Shown: one piece after another, positions 18,518-27,845 of the stretch
Layout: each line of letters opens with the position of its first letter
Numbering within the stretch: position 1 is the stretch's first letter
Assembly (NCBI GenBank): GCA_036826375.1
Contig: DAISWL010000001.1
Location: 40,201-104,200, forward strand
Length of the DNA: 64,000 nucleotides
Source of the DNA: Candidatus Saccharimonadota bacterium
GTDB taxonomy: Bacteria > Patescibacteriota > Saccharimonadia > Saccharimonadales > HK-STAS-PATE-42
Direction of reading: 5' to 3'
Translations under genes and position numbers: made by a program
The notes under the pieces: model-generated
The model's database searches: none
Seen by the model: the letters and a program-made list of their open reading frames with translations, nothing else
Told to the model about the DNA's origin: nothing

Positions 18518-18844
18518 ATGAGCCTTAACACTCTAAATATAGGCCCGATAGAAGAGCTCGTGGGCCCCGGATCGGTTATCATTGATGGTGATGGCCGAGT
18601 AAAATATAAACCAGATACCATTAGCCTGGCAACTCACGATTTAGATGTGGCTAGGGGCAAGATGATTGTTAGTTTAGTCGTGTGGCCAGACGACCCAGAA
18701 GCGACAGCTGGCGCAATAAGACTTGTTGGTTCAGAACGATTAAAAGCTGTAGCTAGGCACGTTATGGGTGACGGGGAAATTAACCTAGATGCACCAGAAG
18801 GTACAGTAACTTATCTAAAACCAGCGCCGGATAGTCCAAATTAA
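18518..18844 (+). CDS. G+C-rich hypothetical protein (108 aa)
   Basis: ORF with strong SD (AGAAGGAG N6 ATG) and its own promoter. No family recognised. Confidence 0.6.
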   Translation: MSLNTLNIGPIEELVGPGSVIIDGDGRVKYKPDTISLATHDLDVARGKMIVSLVVWPDDPEATAGAIRLVGSERLKAVARHVMGDGEINLDAPEGTVTYLKPAPDSPN

Positions 18845-18902
18845 CCAATAAAATCTTTCTTGATTCCCCTTTTTACCCGCCAAACTACTATCTTGCTTAA
18901 GC

Positions 18903-19307
18903 TTAATTAGCTAACTCAACTTTTATTTGTTTATTGTTTTTATATTTTTCATATAAATTTTTATCAAAGGTTATAAACTTATCACAGTCACTTCTGATTG
19001 CCACCGCTAACTGCAGGGCATCTTCAAAATCATTACCCAAACAATTTTGATAAGCCCATTCAAAGTCTGTATCCGATAAACTATTCATATTAAAATCTGC
19101 CAAAAATTGTTGCAATATGTTCAGATCGTACACCTTGAGCCCAAAATGGATCACTAAATGCCCTGTCAAAGTTGATATATTGGCATTTCCATAATGTTTA
19201 CGCATTATTTCTTCGGCAGTTTTTTTAGATTTTCTATCTAAAATTAATTCCAGCAATACATTAGCATCTAAAAATATTGAATCTGAATTAGCTGTTATAT
19301 TTTTCAT
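18903..19307 (-). CDS. vapC: PIN-domain toxin VapC
   Basis: FLDANVLLE... start with the acidic PIN residues. Overlaps the upstream antitoxin gene. Confidence 0.8.
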   Translation of the reverse strand: MKNITANSDSIFLDANVLLELILDRKSKKTAEEIMRKHYGNANISTLTGHLVIHFGLKVYDLNILQQFLADFNMNSLSDTDFEWAYQNCLGNDFEDALQLAVAIRSDCDKFITFDKNLYEKYKNNKQIKVELAN

Positions 19308-19548
19308 TTAAAGATTCACCGTAAAGTTGCTTTATAGATTTACTATTATCGTACTTAAAATTTTTCCTGGGAGCAGAATTAAGAGCATCTAAGCCGGTAA
19401 CCGCCTTTTGTTCGCGCTTAGATTTTTGAGGTACCAACCTCACTGGGTTTGAGTTTCTATAAGTCAGCAGAAATTCTTCGCCGGCGCTAACCCTTGCTAA
19501 CACATCGCCCATATTTTTTCTGAATTCTAAGGCTGTAATTGTTTTCAT
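19288..19548 (-). CDS. Phd/YefM-type antitoxin (VapB partner)
   Basis: MKTITALEFRKNMGDVLARV... is a typical Phd/YefM N-terminus. 20-nt overlap with vapC. Confidence 0.75.
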   Translation of the reverse strand: MKTITALEFRKNMGDVLARVSAGEEFLLTYRNSNPVRLVPQKSKREQKAVTGLDALNSAPRKNFKYDNSKSIKQLYGESLNEKYNS

Positions 19549-19618
19549 GGTTTAAGTTTAACATGAAGTTTAACTTAAAGTCAATAATTTTATTCTTAAA
19601 CTTAAATTAGCACCTGCT

Positions 19619-20461
19619 CTAGTTTGATTTTGTCAGAGTTAACCAGTAGAATCTTTCTTGATTACCCTTTTTGCCGCTAATCTGATTATCACGCTTAAAC
19701 TTAATTACTAAGTTGTTAAGCTTGAGCCAATCTTCTAAATTTTTGAGAATTTGACGACGAATAGCACTGTTTTTAACTACGCCGGAGTTGAGATCGCTAG
19801 CCTGACCTTCAAATTGAGGTTTGGCCATAGCTAAAATATCGGGGTTAGAATTTGTAACTTTACTTAAGTTTAGTAAACTTGGCAAAATTTTAGTTAAAGA
19901 TATAAAACTGACATCAATTACAATTACATCAATTTTTTGGCTAGTTTTGAAATCTCTAATATCAGTTTTCTCATGCAATTCAACCTGTTCATTGAATCTG
20001 AGCTCGGGCACCATCTGATTGGTGCCAACTTCAACTGCAACTACTTTTTTAGCTCCGTTATTAAGTGCATATTGAGTGAAACCCCCGGTTGAGCTGCCAA
20101 CATCTAGCACAACTTTTCCGTTGAAGCTGAATTTGAAAGCCTCGGAGGCATCGGATAGCTTATCGCCAGCTCTTGAAACTGTTGAAGAATTTGCCCCAGC
20201 AACTAACTTAAGCTTAGCTATATGATTTTTATCAATAGTTTTTGAAGGCCTTAGTACTGGACGATTATCAAACTTAACTAAACTTCGCCGAACAAGATCG
20301 GCTCCGTGAGAACGTGAACGTGCCAAACCCAGAAGGAACAAGGCCTCATCCGCCCTTATGTAATCTGGGCTTGAACTATCCGTTTGATTAAAAACAGATT
20401 TACCTCGTTTCTTTTCAACATAAGTTTTATTAAGTTTAAGTTTACGGTAGCGATGTTTCAT
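19619..20461 (-). CDS. tlyA: TlyA family rRNA 2'-O-methyltransferase
   Basis: S4-like N-terminus (IRADEALFLLGLARSRSHGADLVRR) plus an FtsJ-type SAM domain (LDVGSSTGGFTQ). Confidence 0.85.
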   Translation of the reverse strand: MKHRYRKLKLNKTYVEKKRGKSVFNQTDSSSPDYIRADEALFLLGLARSRSHGADLVRRSLVKFDNRPVLRPSKTIDKNHIAKLKLVAGANSSTVSRAGDKLSDASEAFKFSFNGKVVLDVGSSTGGFTQYALNNGAKKVVAVEVGTNQMVPELRFNEQVELHEKTDIRDFKTSQKIDVIVIDVSFISLTKILPSLLNLSKVTNSNPDILAMAKPQFEGQASDLNSGVVKNSAIRRQILKNLEDWLKLNNLVIKFKRDNQISGKKGNQERFYWLTLTKSN

Positions 20462-20526
20462 TATCCCTAGTTTAACACGCTCTAGCTACTTGACTAAATA
20501 TGCCTACATAATATATAATTTGTAGT

Positions 20527-20784
20527 ATGAGTAAAGTAATATCAGTTAGATTAGATGATAGCGTTCGAGATGATGCCAAAAAACTAGCTGCAGATTTAGG
20601 CTTAAGTTTAAGTTCAATAATTAATTCTTACCTGAAGCAAGTTAGCGCCACCAGGCAGATTACCCTGTTTGCTCCAGAGGTATTAGATTCTCGAACAAAC
20701 AGAATGCTTGTAGAAATAGATAGGGAGAAAACTTCCAAAAGTTTTAGTGATGTAGATGATTTGATGACCGATTTAGAGAATTAA
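20527..20784 (+). CDS. RelB/DinJ family antitoxin
   Basis: RHH-type N-terminus VISVRLDDSVRDDAKKLAADLGLSLSSIIN, located 3 nt upstream of the toxin gene. Confidence 0.75.
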   Translation: MSKVISVRLDDSVRDDAKKLAADLGLSLSSIINSYLKQVSATRQITLFAPEVLDSRTNRMLVEIDREKTSKSFSDVDDLMTDLEN

Positions 20785-20786
20785 GC

Positions 20787-21044
20787 ATGGATATATCCTA
20801 TAAGCCCAGCTTCAAAAAGCAATTCAAAAGGCTAGATTCAAAAACCAGAGATAAGTTTAAACAGAGGCTAGAACTTTTTATGGAAGATCCGAGGCAACCA
20901 GCCCTAAGGCTTCACCCACTTAAAGGAACTCTCGCTGGTATGTGGAGCATCAATGTAACTGGTGATATTAGAGCAGTTTTTAAGTATGATGGCCAATCGA
21001 TAGTTATATTCTATATGATAGGCACGCATTCTCAGCTCTACTGA
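20787..21044 (+). CDS. RelE/YafQ family mRNA interferase toxin
   Basis: LHPLKGTLAGMWSINVTGDIRAVF...IGTHSQLY pattern. Confidence 0.8.
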   Translation: MDISYKPSFKKQFKRLDSKTRDKFKQRLELFMEDPRQPALRLHPLKGTLAGMWSINVTGDIRAVFKYDGQSIVIFYMIGTHSQLY

Positions 21045-21134
21045 TGAATACAAAATTCGTTACCTTTTATACCTGAAATCACTTTTTAAGCTCTCAAGAT
21101 AGTAGACATAGAACATAATTTTACAAAAACTCTG

Positions 21135-22622
21135 CTACTTGGCGTACTCTACTGCCCTAGTTTCCCTGATCACATTAACCTTAATTGTTCCAGGGTAGCT
21201 CATAGTACTCTCAATTTTGTTGGCGATATCCCGAGCTAATTTTATTGCGCTTAAGTCATCAATGTCACCAGGGCGAACTATCACCCTAATCTCGCGTCCG
21301 GCTGAAATTGCGTAGGCTTTATCAATGCCTGGGAATCCGGTGGCAACGTTTTCAAGATCTCGCATTCTTTCTGCAAAATTTTCTGCTGAAATGTTGCGCG
21401 CTCCGGGTCGGGCGGCAGAGATGGCATCTACAATTCTGACTACTAGTGCTTCGGGGGTTGTGGCTTCCATATCATCGTGATGAGCCTCAATTGCGTGAGA
21501 AATCTCTTCACTTAAACCATATTTCCTGGCCAACTCTCCTCCAATATGGTGATGCTTGCCTTCTAGTTTATGGCTGAGGGCTTTGCCGAAATCATGCAAA
21601 AGAGCGGCGGTTTTGGCAATTTTTACATCGGCGCCAACTTCTTCGGCTATCATAGCGGCTAAATGACTCATTTCGGTACAGTGCTTTAGAACATTTTGGC
21701 CATAGCTTGTTCTAAACTTAAGCTCACCTAAGTAGCGCATTATTTCAGCGGGAACGCCAACTACTCCGGCTTCCCTACAGGCATCTTCGGCGGCTATATC
21801 AATTTCTTTATCAATCTGTTTTTCAGCTTTTTGAACAACTTCTTCAATTCTGGCTGGATGTATTCTCCCATCTTTAATCAACAGTTCCATTGTCTGCCTG
21901 GCAACTTGCCTGCGAACAGGATCAAAACTGGAAAAAACTATCATTCCAGGGGTATCATCTACTAAAATATCTACACCTGTTGCTCGCTGAAGAGCTTGAA
22001 TGTTTCTACCTTCTTTTCCGATGATTCTACCCTTCATTTCTTCATTTTCAAGAGGTATGGCAATTGTTGTTCGCTCAGCCGTAACCTCGCTAGCCATTCG
22101 TTCCATGGCTGTTAAAAGAACTGTTTGAGCTCGCTCTTCGGCATCTTTTTCTGCAGTTTGCTGCAACTTTGCAATTAAGTTTTGCAAATCGTTAGATGTA
22201 TCTTTTTCTACCATTGCAAGAAGCTTTTCTTTGGCTTCCTCTTTTTTTAATCCCGCAATTTTTTCTAACTTTTCTTGCTGTTTCCCTCTTATTGTTCGGA
22301 TTTCATTTTTGAGATCCTCTAGTTCATCTTCTTGGGTTCTGACTTTTTCTGTACGCTTATCCAGCTCCTCTAATTTTTGATCTAGCGTTTCTTCACGCTT
22401 CGATATTCTATCTTCCTTTTCTTTGATTTCCCGCTTGGCCTCTTCGCTAAGCTTAAGGGCATCTTTTTTTGCCTCTATCAGAGTTTCATCGGCTTCTCTT
22501 TTGGCTTTTTCTTTTGCCTCTAGGGCCTGCTTTTCGGCTGAGCCAAGCTTCTGTTTTTGTAGAATCTGAGATCCGAAAAATCCAGCTACAAGAGCTCCAA
22601 CGGCGATTAAAATTAGAATCAT
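21135..22622 (-). CDS. rny: ribonuclease Y
   Basis: N-terminal TM and coiled coil, KH domain (GRIIGKEGRNI) and HD domain (LLHDFGKA). Confidence 0.95.
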   Translation of the reverse strand: MILILIAVGALVAGFFGSQILQKQKLGSAEKQALEAKEKAKREADETLIEAKKDALKLSEEAKREIKEKEDRISKREETLDQKLEELDKRTEKVRTQEDELEDLKNEIRTIRGKQQEKLEKIAGLKKEEAKEKLLAMVEKDTSNDLQNLIAKLQQTAEKDAEERAQTVLLTAMERMASEVTAERTTIAIPLENEEMKGRIIGKEGRNIQALQRATGVDILVDDTPGMIVFSSFDPVRRQVARQTMELLIKDGRIHPARIEEVVQKAEKQIDKEIDIAAEDACREAGVVGVPAEIMRYLGELKFRTSYGQNVLKHCTEMSHLAAMIAEEVGADVKIAKTAALLHDFGKALSHKLEGKHHHIGGELARKYGLSEEISHAIEAHHDDMEATTPEALVVRIVDAISAARPGARNISAENFAERMRDLENVATGFPGIDKAYAISAGREIRVIVRPGDIDDLSAIKLARDIANKIESTMSYPGTIKVNVIRETRAVEYAK

Positions 22623-22890
22623 TTTTTCTCCTTTGTTACGGAATAGGTTTTTTAATTGAGAACAGATCGCGCCATCTTTTAATTAAATTTAAGATAAGAA
22701 CCAGTATTGAAATCGGGGATCTACTCTGTTTTTTTAAAAAATCCTAATAAAATTATTAAAACTACGATTAAACTTAAAAACTTACAAGCTATAAAATAGA
22801 TTTAGAATTGAAAAAGATTTATCAATGTCCCATCAACTTTATTACTAAATTAAGATACAAAATAAAAATGATTTTTTAAGTTTAATTAAA

Positions 22891-22966
22891 TGGTGGGGCT
22901 GGCTGGGTTCGAACCAGCGACCAATCGGTTATGAGCCGACTGCTCTAACCACTGAGCTACAGCCCC
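22891..22966 (-). tRNA. tRNA-Met (CAU) elongator type (or tRNA-Ile2 if lysidinylated), CCA encoded
   Basis: Minus-strand GGGGCTGTAGCTCAGTGGTTAGAGCAGTCGGCTCATAACCGATTGGTCGCTGGTTCGAACCCAGCCAGCCCCACCA has a perfect 7-bp acceptor stem. Confidence 0.9.
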
Positions 22967-23038
22967 CTAAAATAGCAATCTGACCTTATAAAGTATAAAC
23001 TATTTTTAAAAAGTTTAAAAGTGATATAGAATTATAGA

Positions 23039-23401
23039 GTGCTAAAAGTAATAAAACAAAAACTATTGATATTTTATAAATACGCTCGTACTAAAGAAGG
23101 GCTAATTTTACTGACCTGTGCGCTTATAGGTTTTACGATGATGGCGCAAACATTAGGCGCAATTAGGCATAATAAAAACCTTGATGCCCTAGTAGTTAAG
23201 CTTAATAATGAAATTGAGGTAGAGCAACTCAAAAAACAGAATCTAGAATTCAAAAAAAAGTATGCATCTAGCCCCGAGTATGCCGAATTAACTATGAAAG
23301 AAAAGTTCAATAAGGCCCTACCAGGAGAGCATGTGATACTAGTGCCAACTATTAAACCCTGGGTTGCCTCCGGCTTTGAAAATAACGTTGAAGATTTTTA
23401 A
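23039..23401 (+). CDS. FtsB/DivIC family septum formation initiator
   Basis: N-terminal TM, a coiled coil (NNEIEVEQLKKQNLEFKKK), then ...EKFNKALPGEHVILV. Confidence 0.65.
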   Translation: MLKVIKQKLLIFYKYARTKEGLILLTCALIGFTMMAQTLGAIRHNKNLDALVVKLNNEIEVEQLKKQNLEFKKKYASSPEYAELTMKEKFNKALPGEHVILVPTIKPWVASGFENNVEDF

Positions 23402-23427
23402 GAAAATAGATTCTTAACCTTAGAATA

Positions 23428-23460
23428 AAAAAGAACCAGCAGCGCAGGTTCTTTTTTTTA
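23428..23460 (+). terminator. rho-independent terminator
   Basis: AAGAACC-agcagcgca-GGTTCTT followed by a T-run. Confidence 0.7.
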
Positions 23461-23479
23461 TTCTGTTTTAAGCTTAATT

Positions 23480-23554
23480 TGGTTGCGGGGGAAGGATTCG
23501 AACCTCCGACCTCTTGGTTATGAGCCAAGCGAGCTGCCACTGCTCCACCCCGCG
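23480..23554 (-). tRNA. initiator tRNA-fMet (CAU), CCA encoded
   Basis: Minus-strand CGCGGGGTGGAGCAGTGGCAGCTCGCTTGGCTCATAACCAAGAGGTCGGAGGTTCGAATCCTTCCCCCGCAACCA shows the C1:A72 mismatch typical of initiator tRNA. Confidence 0.85.
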
Positions 23555-23604
23555 ATCAACTTTAAGTTTAGCAAAACTTAGATCTTAAAGCAAATTACTA
23601 GAAT

Positions 23605-24219
23605 CTATCTAGTGACCAACTTAATCTCTTTTGAGCTTCCCTTTCCATTAACCTCAAAAACCACAAACTCACCTTCTTTAAGCTTATAAATTGGCAATTC
23701 CGGATCTCCAAACCCCCTAAGCTCCTCTTCGACTTTCAACCAATCTATGGTTTCATCGGCTTCATAGTGAGGAATAAATTTTATTGGCAATATCCCACTA
23801 CCTATCACGGGGCTCTTCCAATCAATATTCCAACAACTGCTTGAAAAGTAATCCGAGCTAGCAGAATTGGTAACTAAAACTTTCCCATTAAACAGGCTGA
23901 AATCAAATTTATCCATCCAATATGCAAACAGGTGGTCATCGCCACCATTAAAATAAATTATATCTGCATCTTTAATTTGATTAGCAAAATCATCGGGCAT
24001 AGCAAGCGTGAAACTTAAATCATACTCAGGTAAATCCTCTTTAATTGAAGCTGAGTAACCCGGAAATTTTCCCTCCCAAAATTCTCTGCCCTGAGCAAAA
24101 GTGCAGATCAAAATGTTAAGTTTAAGAGATAAGCCCTTAACCATTTCTTGATGAAACTGTTTTTTTAGGTCTTCCCTACGTTTTACGCCACCTGAATTTA
24201 AAATAAGTTTAGTTTTCAT
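23605..24219 (-). CDS. hypothetical protein, possibly peptidase S51 / class I glutamine-amidotransferase-like fold
   Basis: Weak resemblance only (KLILNSGG..., ...IIYFNGGDDH). Confidence 0.35.
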   Translation of the reverse strand: MKTKLILNSGGVKRREDLKKQFHQEMVKGLSLKLNILICTFAQGREFWEGKFPGYSASIKEDLPEYDLSFTLAMPDDFANQIKDADIIYFNGGDDHLFAYWMDKFDFSLFNGKVLVTNSASSDYFSSSCWNIDWKSPVIGSGILPIKFIPHYEADETIDWLKVEEELRGFGDPELPIYKLKEGEFVVFEVNGKGSSKEIKLVTR

Positions 24220-24238
24220 TTAAGCCTCCAGCACATTA

Positions 24239-24640
24239 TTAGTTTAAATATTTGGCGCCATCTACTTGGCTTGCGAGTTTTTTATCGAAAGTGTATAGTG
24301 GCTCGGCATTATTAAGCTTAGCGTAAACCGCTAGCATGCAATCTTCTAAACTTAACTTCGGATGTTCAGTAAAATAATCTAGAGATTGAATCAAAAGCAC
24401 CCTGTTAAAATTTAAATTATCGATATATAAAAGGTTTTCCAAAATTAGTTTCATATCTAATCTACTCAGATTGTAATATCTATCCAGCACAAAAGAAATT
24501 TCCGCCAAAGATATATCCGCCACATGGAATGTTGGACCCGTATCAATCAACTTTTTGGCTAATAAATATTGAGCCTCGCTATCTCGTAACAATAGCCTTA
24601 AAACTACGTTTGTATCTAAACTGCCGCCTACTGTTTTCAT
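24239..24640 (-). CDS. vapC: PIN-domain toxin VapC
   Basis: LDTNVVLRLLLRD... N-terminus, 133 aa, 4-nt overlap with the antitoxin gene. Confidence 0.8.
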   Translation of the reverse strand: MKTVGGSLDTNVVLRLLLRDSEAQYLLAKKLIDTGPTFHVADISLAEISFVLDRYYNLSRLDMKLILENLLYIDNLNFNRVLLIQSLDYFTEHPKLSLEDCMLAVYAKLNNAEPLYTFDKKLASQVDGAKYLN

Positions 24641-24888
24641 ATTCTCGGTTCTCTGTTTTTATAGAATTCCCTAGGGTTTTCAAGTGGTTTTTTCCCTTTA
24701 AGTTTAGGCGCTAGGTACCGATGAAGATCTTCTAAATTACCCGGTTTTAGCATAACCGCGCTACCATCTTGATTAAGCTTAAGTCGGAGCTTATCTCCTG
24801 GTTTATCAATCTTAAAGATTCGCCTTAATTCTACCGGTATTGTAACCTGACCCTTGCTTGAAACTGTTAGTGTGTAGATTTTGCTCAT
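24637..24888 (-). CDS. AbrB/MazE/SpoVT family antitoxin
   Basis: VSSKGQVTIPVELRRIF is a swapped-hairpin motif. Confidence 0.8.
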   Translation of the reverse strand: MSKIYTLTVSSKGQVTIPVELRRIFKIDKPGDKLRLKLNQDGSAVMLKPGNLEDLHRYLAPKLKGKKPLENPREFYKNREPRI

Positions 24889-24951
24889 ACCTACATTTTA
24901 ACATAAGTAAAGATTAATTACAACATACTTACTTTCTGTAATTAGTTTTAC

Positions 24952-25341
24952 CTAATCAAGTTTAGCATAAATCAAATATCCAACCACCGAGGCTATGGTA
25001 GTTAAGATGCCGCCCCACGCGGTATCCAGAATAACCATTTTCCAACTCCAATTCGCTAGTGTTGCCATGTTTGTGAGCTCGTAAGTTGCGTAAGCTAAGA
25101 GGCCGATTCCAAACCCTATAAATGCAGCTTGTTTTGGAGAATTACTAAGCTTAATTGTAAATGTTAAAACTCCAGCTAGATAAATAACGTAGAATAGAAC
25201 TGCTGCAACAGTATTTGGCTGAATTTTCAAATAACCACTAGCTATTTTTTCTAGCTCTGGTTTAGCGATAAACTTAATCCAAATAACATCTAAACCTAAA
25301 AATGTTAATGCTGATCCTAAAAAAGTAAAAATATAGTTCAT
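24952..25341 (-). CDS. DUF2177-like small membrane protein
   Basis: Four predicted TM helices. The family assignment is from memory only. Confidence 0.5.
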   Translation of the reverse strand: MNYIFTFLGSALTFLGLDVIWIKFIAKPELEKIASGYLKIQPNTVAAVLFYVIYLAGVLTFTIKLSNSPKQAAFIGFGIGLLAYATYELTNMATLANWSWKMVILDTAWGGILTTIASVVGYLIYAKLD

Positions 25342-25342
25342 G

Positions 25343-25885
25343 TTAATTTCCCTCCAAAAATTCCTTAAGCTTAGCCACTGCTTTGTTGCGTGGTGAGTAT
25401 TTTGAATATTCTACTTCATTCATCTCTCCGAAAGATTTATCCGAGCCCTCTGGCATAAATAATGGATCCCAACCATGGCCAAAGTTCCCTACGGGATTAA
25501 CGATTTTACCTGCGGTTACACCTTGAAACATTCTAAACTGATCTCCATCATATAGGCAATACACCACCTCTGCCGTCGCCGTTTTATCTTCGAAAGAACT
25601 AAGTATTTTATATGTCCCCTCTTCACCCAGGCTTTTTAAAAACCACTTAATGAACGGACCCGGCAACCCAGATAGCGCATTAAACTTAAGGGAAACATCT
25701 TCAATTAATACTGCTTTATTGGCAAATTGATAAGCCCTCACGGCTTTATCTTTTACAATTTTTTCTTGATCTAAGCTTTGTATTTCATCCAAATCTATAT
25801 CCGCAGATTCTACCCTGTAACCAATAAACTTTTCTAGCCACTTAAGCTTATGCTGGTTGCCTGTTATAAATATAAAATCTTTCAT
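25343..25885 (-). CDS. rdgB: non-canonical purine NTP pyrophosphatase (HAM1/RdgB family)
   Basis: FITGNQHK..., GLPGPFIKWF and HGWDPLF motifs. Confidence 0.85.
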   Translation of the reverse strand: MKDFIFITGNQHKLKWLEKFIGYRVESADIDLDEIQSLDQEKIVKDKAVRAYQFANKAVLIEDVSLKFNALSGLPGPFIKWFLKSLGEEGTYKILSSFEDKTATAEVVYCLYDGDQFRMFQGVTAGKIVNPVGNFGHGWDPLFMPEGSDKSFGEMNEVEYSKYSPRNKAVAKLKEFLEGN

Positions 25886-25889
25886 TTTA

Positions 25890-27083
25890 TTATAACTCCT
25901 TCTTGTCTTTTAGGTCTCTAAAAGATTTTAAATAAAATGGCAGGCTCAAAATAACAAGGCTCAAAGATGCAACAAGCGAAACCCTAACTCCAAATCTATC
26001 TATCATATACCCAAACGGAATTATGAACCCAGCAAATACTAATGAAGAAATAAAACTGATTATCGAATTCACCGTTGCTCTTTCTCTATCTGGTATAAGC
26101 TCTTGCTTTTCTGAGCCTATCGATAAATCACTTGCAGCGCCAAATATGCTTGATGCCCCCATCAGTATCGGAGATGCTACCCCCTGCAAAAATACAGCCC
26201 CTACTTGCACCGCCCTATCAAGGATCATTCCTTTATAAATGCTTTTATAAACCCCGCCCATTCTTGCAATTATCTTTCTAGATTCTGAAGTAGCGAAACC
26301 ATTCATGATATTATCGAGAGCACTAGAAAAACCAATTGCCCATACCGGCCAAATCATCTGAACAAACACTGCCCTATATTGCCAGGATGCCTCGCGAAAT
26401 ACTCCTGCAATTATTTCGGCTAAAGCAAAGGATCCTAACTTATCACTCTTTTTTATTTCTCTAAATCCATTCCTTGCTAAAGCAATTAAAGTTATGTATC
26501 TATCCTCCGCGTTTAAAGAACGTACATCTTTGAGCCTAAAAGCCAAAAATGCACATAACACTCTGGGGATTAAGCTTAATATGGCCACCGCAAAAAAAGA
26601 TTTGCTAGCAATGATTCCGCCCAAAACTGCTGATACCCCAGAAGCATAGAAAGCCAGCTTGCTGTACTTAGCCAGATGATCTAAAAAATGTTTATCTGTT
26701 TTAGATGAGCTATCATACAAAAGCGATTCGTTATTTCCGCTGTACGCCGCCGCGGAGAAACCCTGCAATAACACTCCAGCCGCCAAAACAAAAAAGCCGG
26801 TATACCAACTAAGCGCAATCAAACTGAATGCTACTACGTTAACAATCGCCCCTATCTGGGTTGTTTTAGCTCTGCCGAATTTATCGGAAAAAGCTCCTAA
26901 CGGTATCTCGAAGAATGATGTTGAAATAGTCAAAACTGAGAGCAATATCCCGGAGCTTGCTACAGACCCCCCAACCTTTATGTAATATAAAATTATAATC
27001 GGCCAGAGCATAATGAAGGAATCTATCAAATTAAATAGATTAAGAGTTCTAACATTATTCTCTGCAATCGATCTACTATTCAC
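25890..27083 (-). CDS. MFS transporter
   Basis: About 12 TM helices, with a GAFSDKFGRAKT loop motif. Confidence 0.8.
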   Translation of the reverse strand: MNSRSIAENNVRTLNLFNLIDSFIMLWPIIILYYIKVGGSVASSGILLSVLTISTSFFEIPLGAFSDKFGRAKTTQIGAIVNVVAFSLIALSWYTGFFVLAAGVLLQGFSAAAYSGNNESLLYDSSSKTDKHFLDHLAKYSKLAFYASGVSAVLGGIIASKSFFAVAILSLIPRVLCAFLAFRLKDVRSLNAEDRYITLIALARNGFREIKKSDKLGSFALAEIIAGVFREASWQYRAVFVQMIWPVWAIGFSSALDNIMNGFATSESRKIIARMGGVYKSIYKGMILDRAVQVGAVFLQGVASPILMGASSIFGAASDLSIGSEKQELIPDRERATVNSIISFISSLVFAGFIIPFGYMIDRFGVRVSLVASLSLVILSLPFYLKSFRDLKDKKEL

Positions 27084-27116
27084 TTTTAAACCTAAACCTC
27101 CTTAAACTTAATTAAC

Positions 27117-27842
27117 TTACTTTCCTTTTATCTCATATCCCCCGTCTACTAGCCACTCTGAACCTATGACATAGGAGGCTTTGTCACTGGCTAAAAACAT
27201 TACTACTTCTGCAACTTCTTTTGGTGAGCCCATTCTGCCTAAAACCGTGCCCTCGTTAATCCGTTTGAAGGTTTCTTCATTCCAATCTGCAACTTGATCA
27301 GTTTCAATATACCCAGGAGAAACTACGTTAAACCTAACCCCCTTAGAAGAATAGACCTTAGCCAGACTTTTAGTTAATGAAATGATTGCCGATTTAGTAC
27401 CGCCGAATGTTAGGGTTGATAAGGTTGAAAGGTTAGATCTGCCCTTTATGGATGCGATGTTAATAACTGAACCCGATTTTGCCTCAAGCATATAAGGCAT
27501 AGCGGCCTTAGTAACATTGAGAGTTCCGAGAACATTTGTTTTATATTCAGTTAAAGCCTTTTCATTATCAAGATCATTGAGATCCTGTAAAAAATTTTTT
27601 GCTACACCGGCATTATTAACTAAAATGTCTATTTCTAAGCCCTGAATGGCTGATGTTACGGCATCCGAATCTGCTACATCAAAAAACACTTTTCTGGAAC
27701 CCTTAAGCTTAGCGTGAATATCGTTAAGTTTAGATGAATCTGTTCTGCCGTGGACAATTACATCATAACCTTGCTCATGGGCTAACTCAGCTATAGCTTT
27801 GCCTATACCCCTACTTGAACCTGTGATTAATATCGTTTTCAT
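27117..27842 (-). CDS. SDR family oxidoreductase (FabG-like)
   Basis: TGSSRGIG, NNAG and the catalytic S...Y..xK region. Confidence 0.85.
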   Translation of the reverse strand: MKTILITGSSRGIGKAIAELAHEQGYDVIVHGRTDSSKLNDIHAKLKGSRKVFFDVADSDAVTSAIQGLEIDILVNNAGVAKNFLQDLNDLDNEKALTEYKTNVLGTLNVTKAAMPYMLEAKSGSVINIASIKGRSNLSTLSTLTFGGTKSAIISLTKSLAKVYSSKGVRFNVVSPGYIETDQVADWNEETFKRINEGTVLGRMGSPKEVAEVVMFLASDKASYVIGSEWLVDGGYEIKGK

Positions 27843-27845
27843 TCG

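Noticed and set aside
18518-18844. G+C-rich islands as structured RNA genes (tmRNA, RNase P RNA, SRP RNA, 6S), which often stand out in AT-rich genomes
   Set aside because: Each island contains a long uninterrupted ORF preceded by an AGGAG-type site. I found none of the conserved strings I know for these RNAs, such as GAGGAAAGTCC or a tRNA-like GGTTCGAATCC...CCA end outside the three tRNAs.
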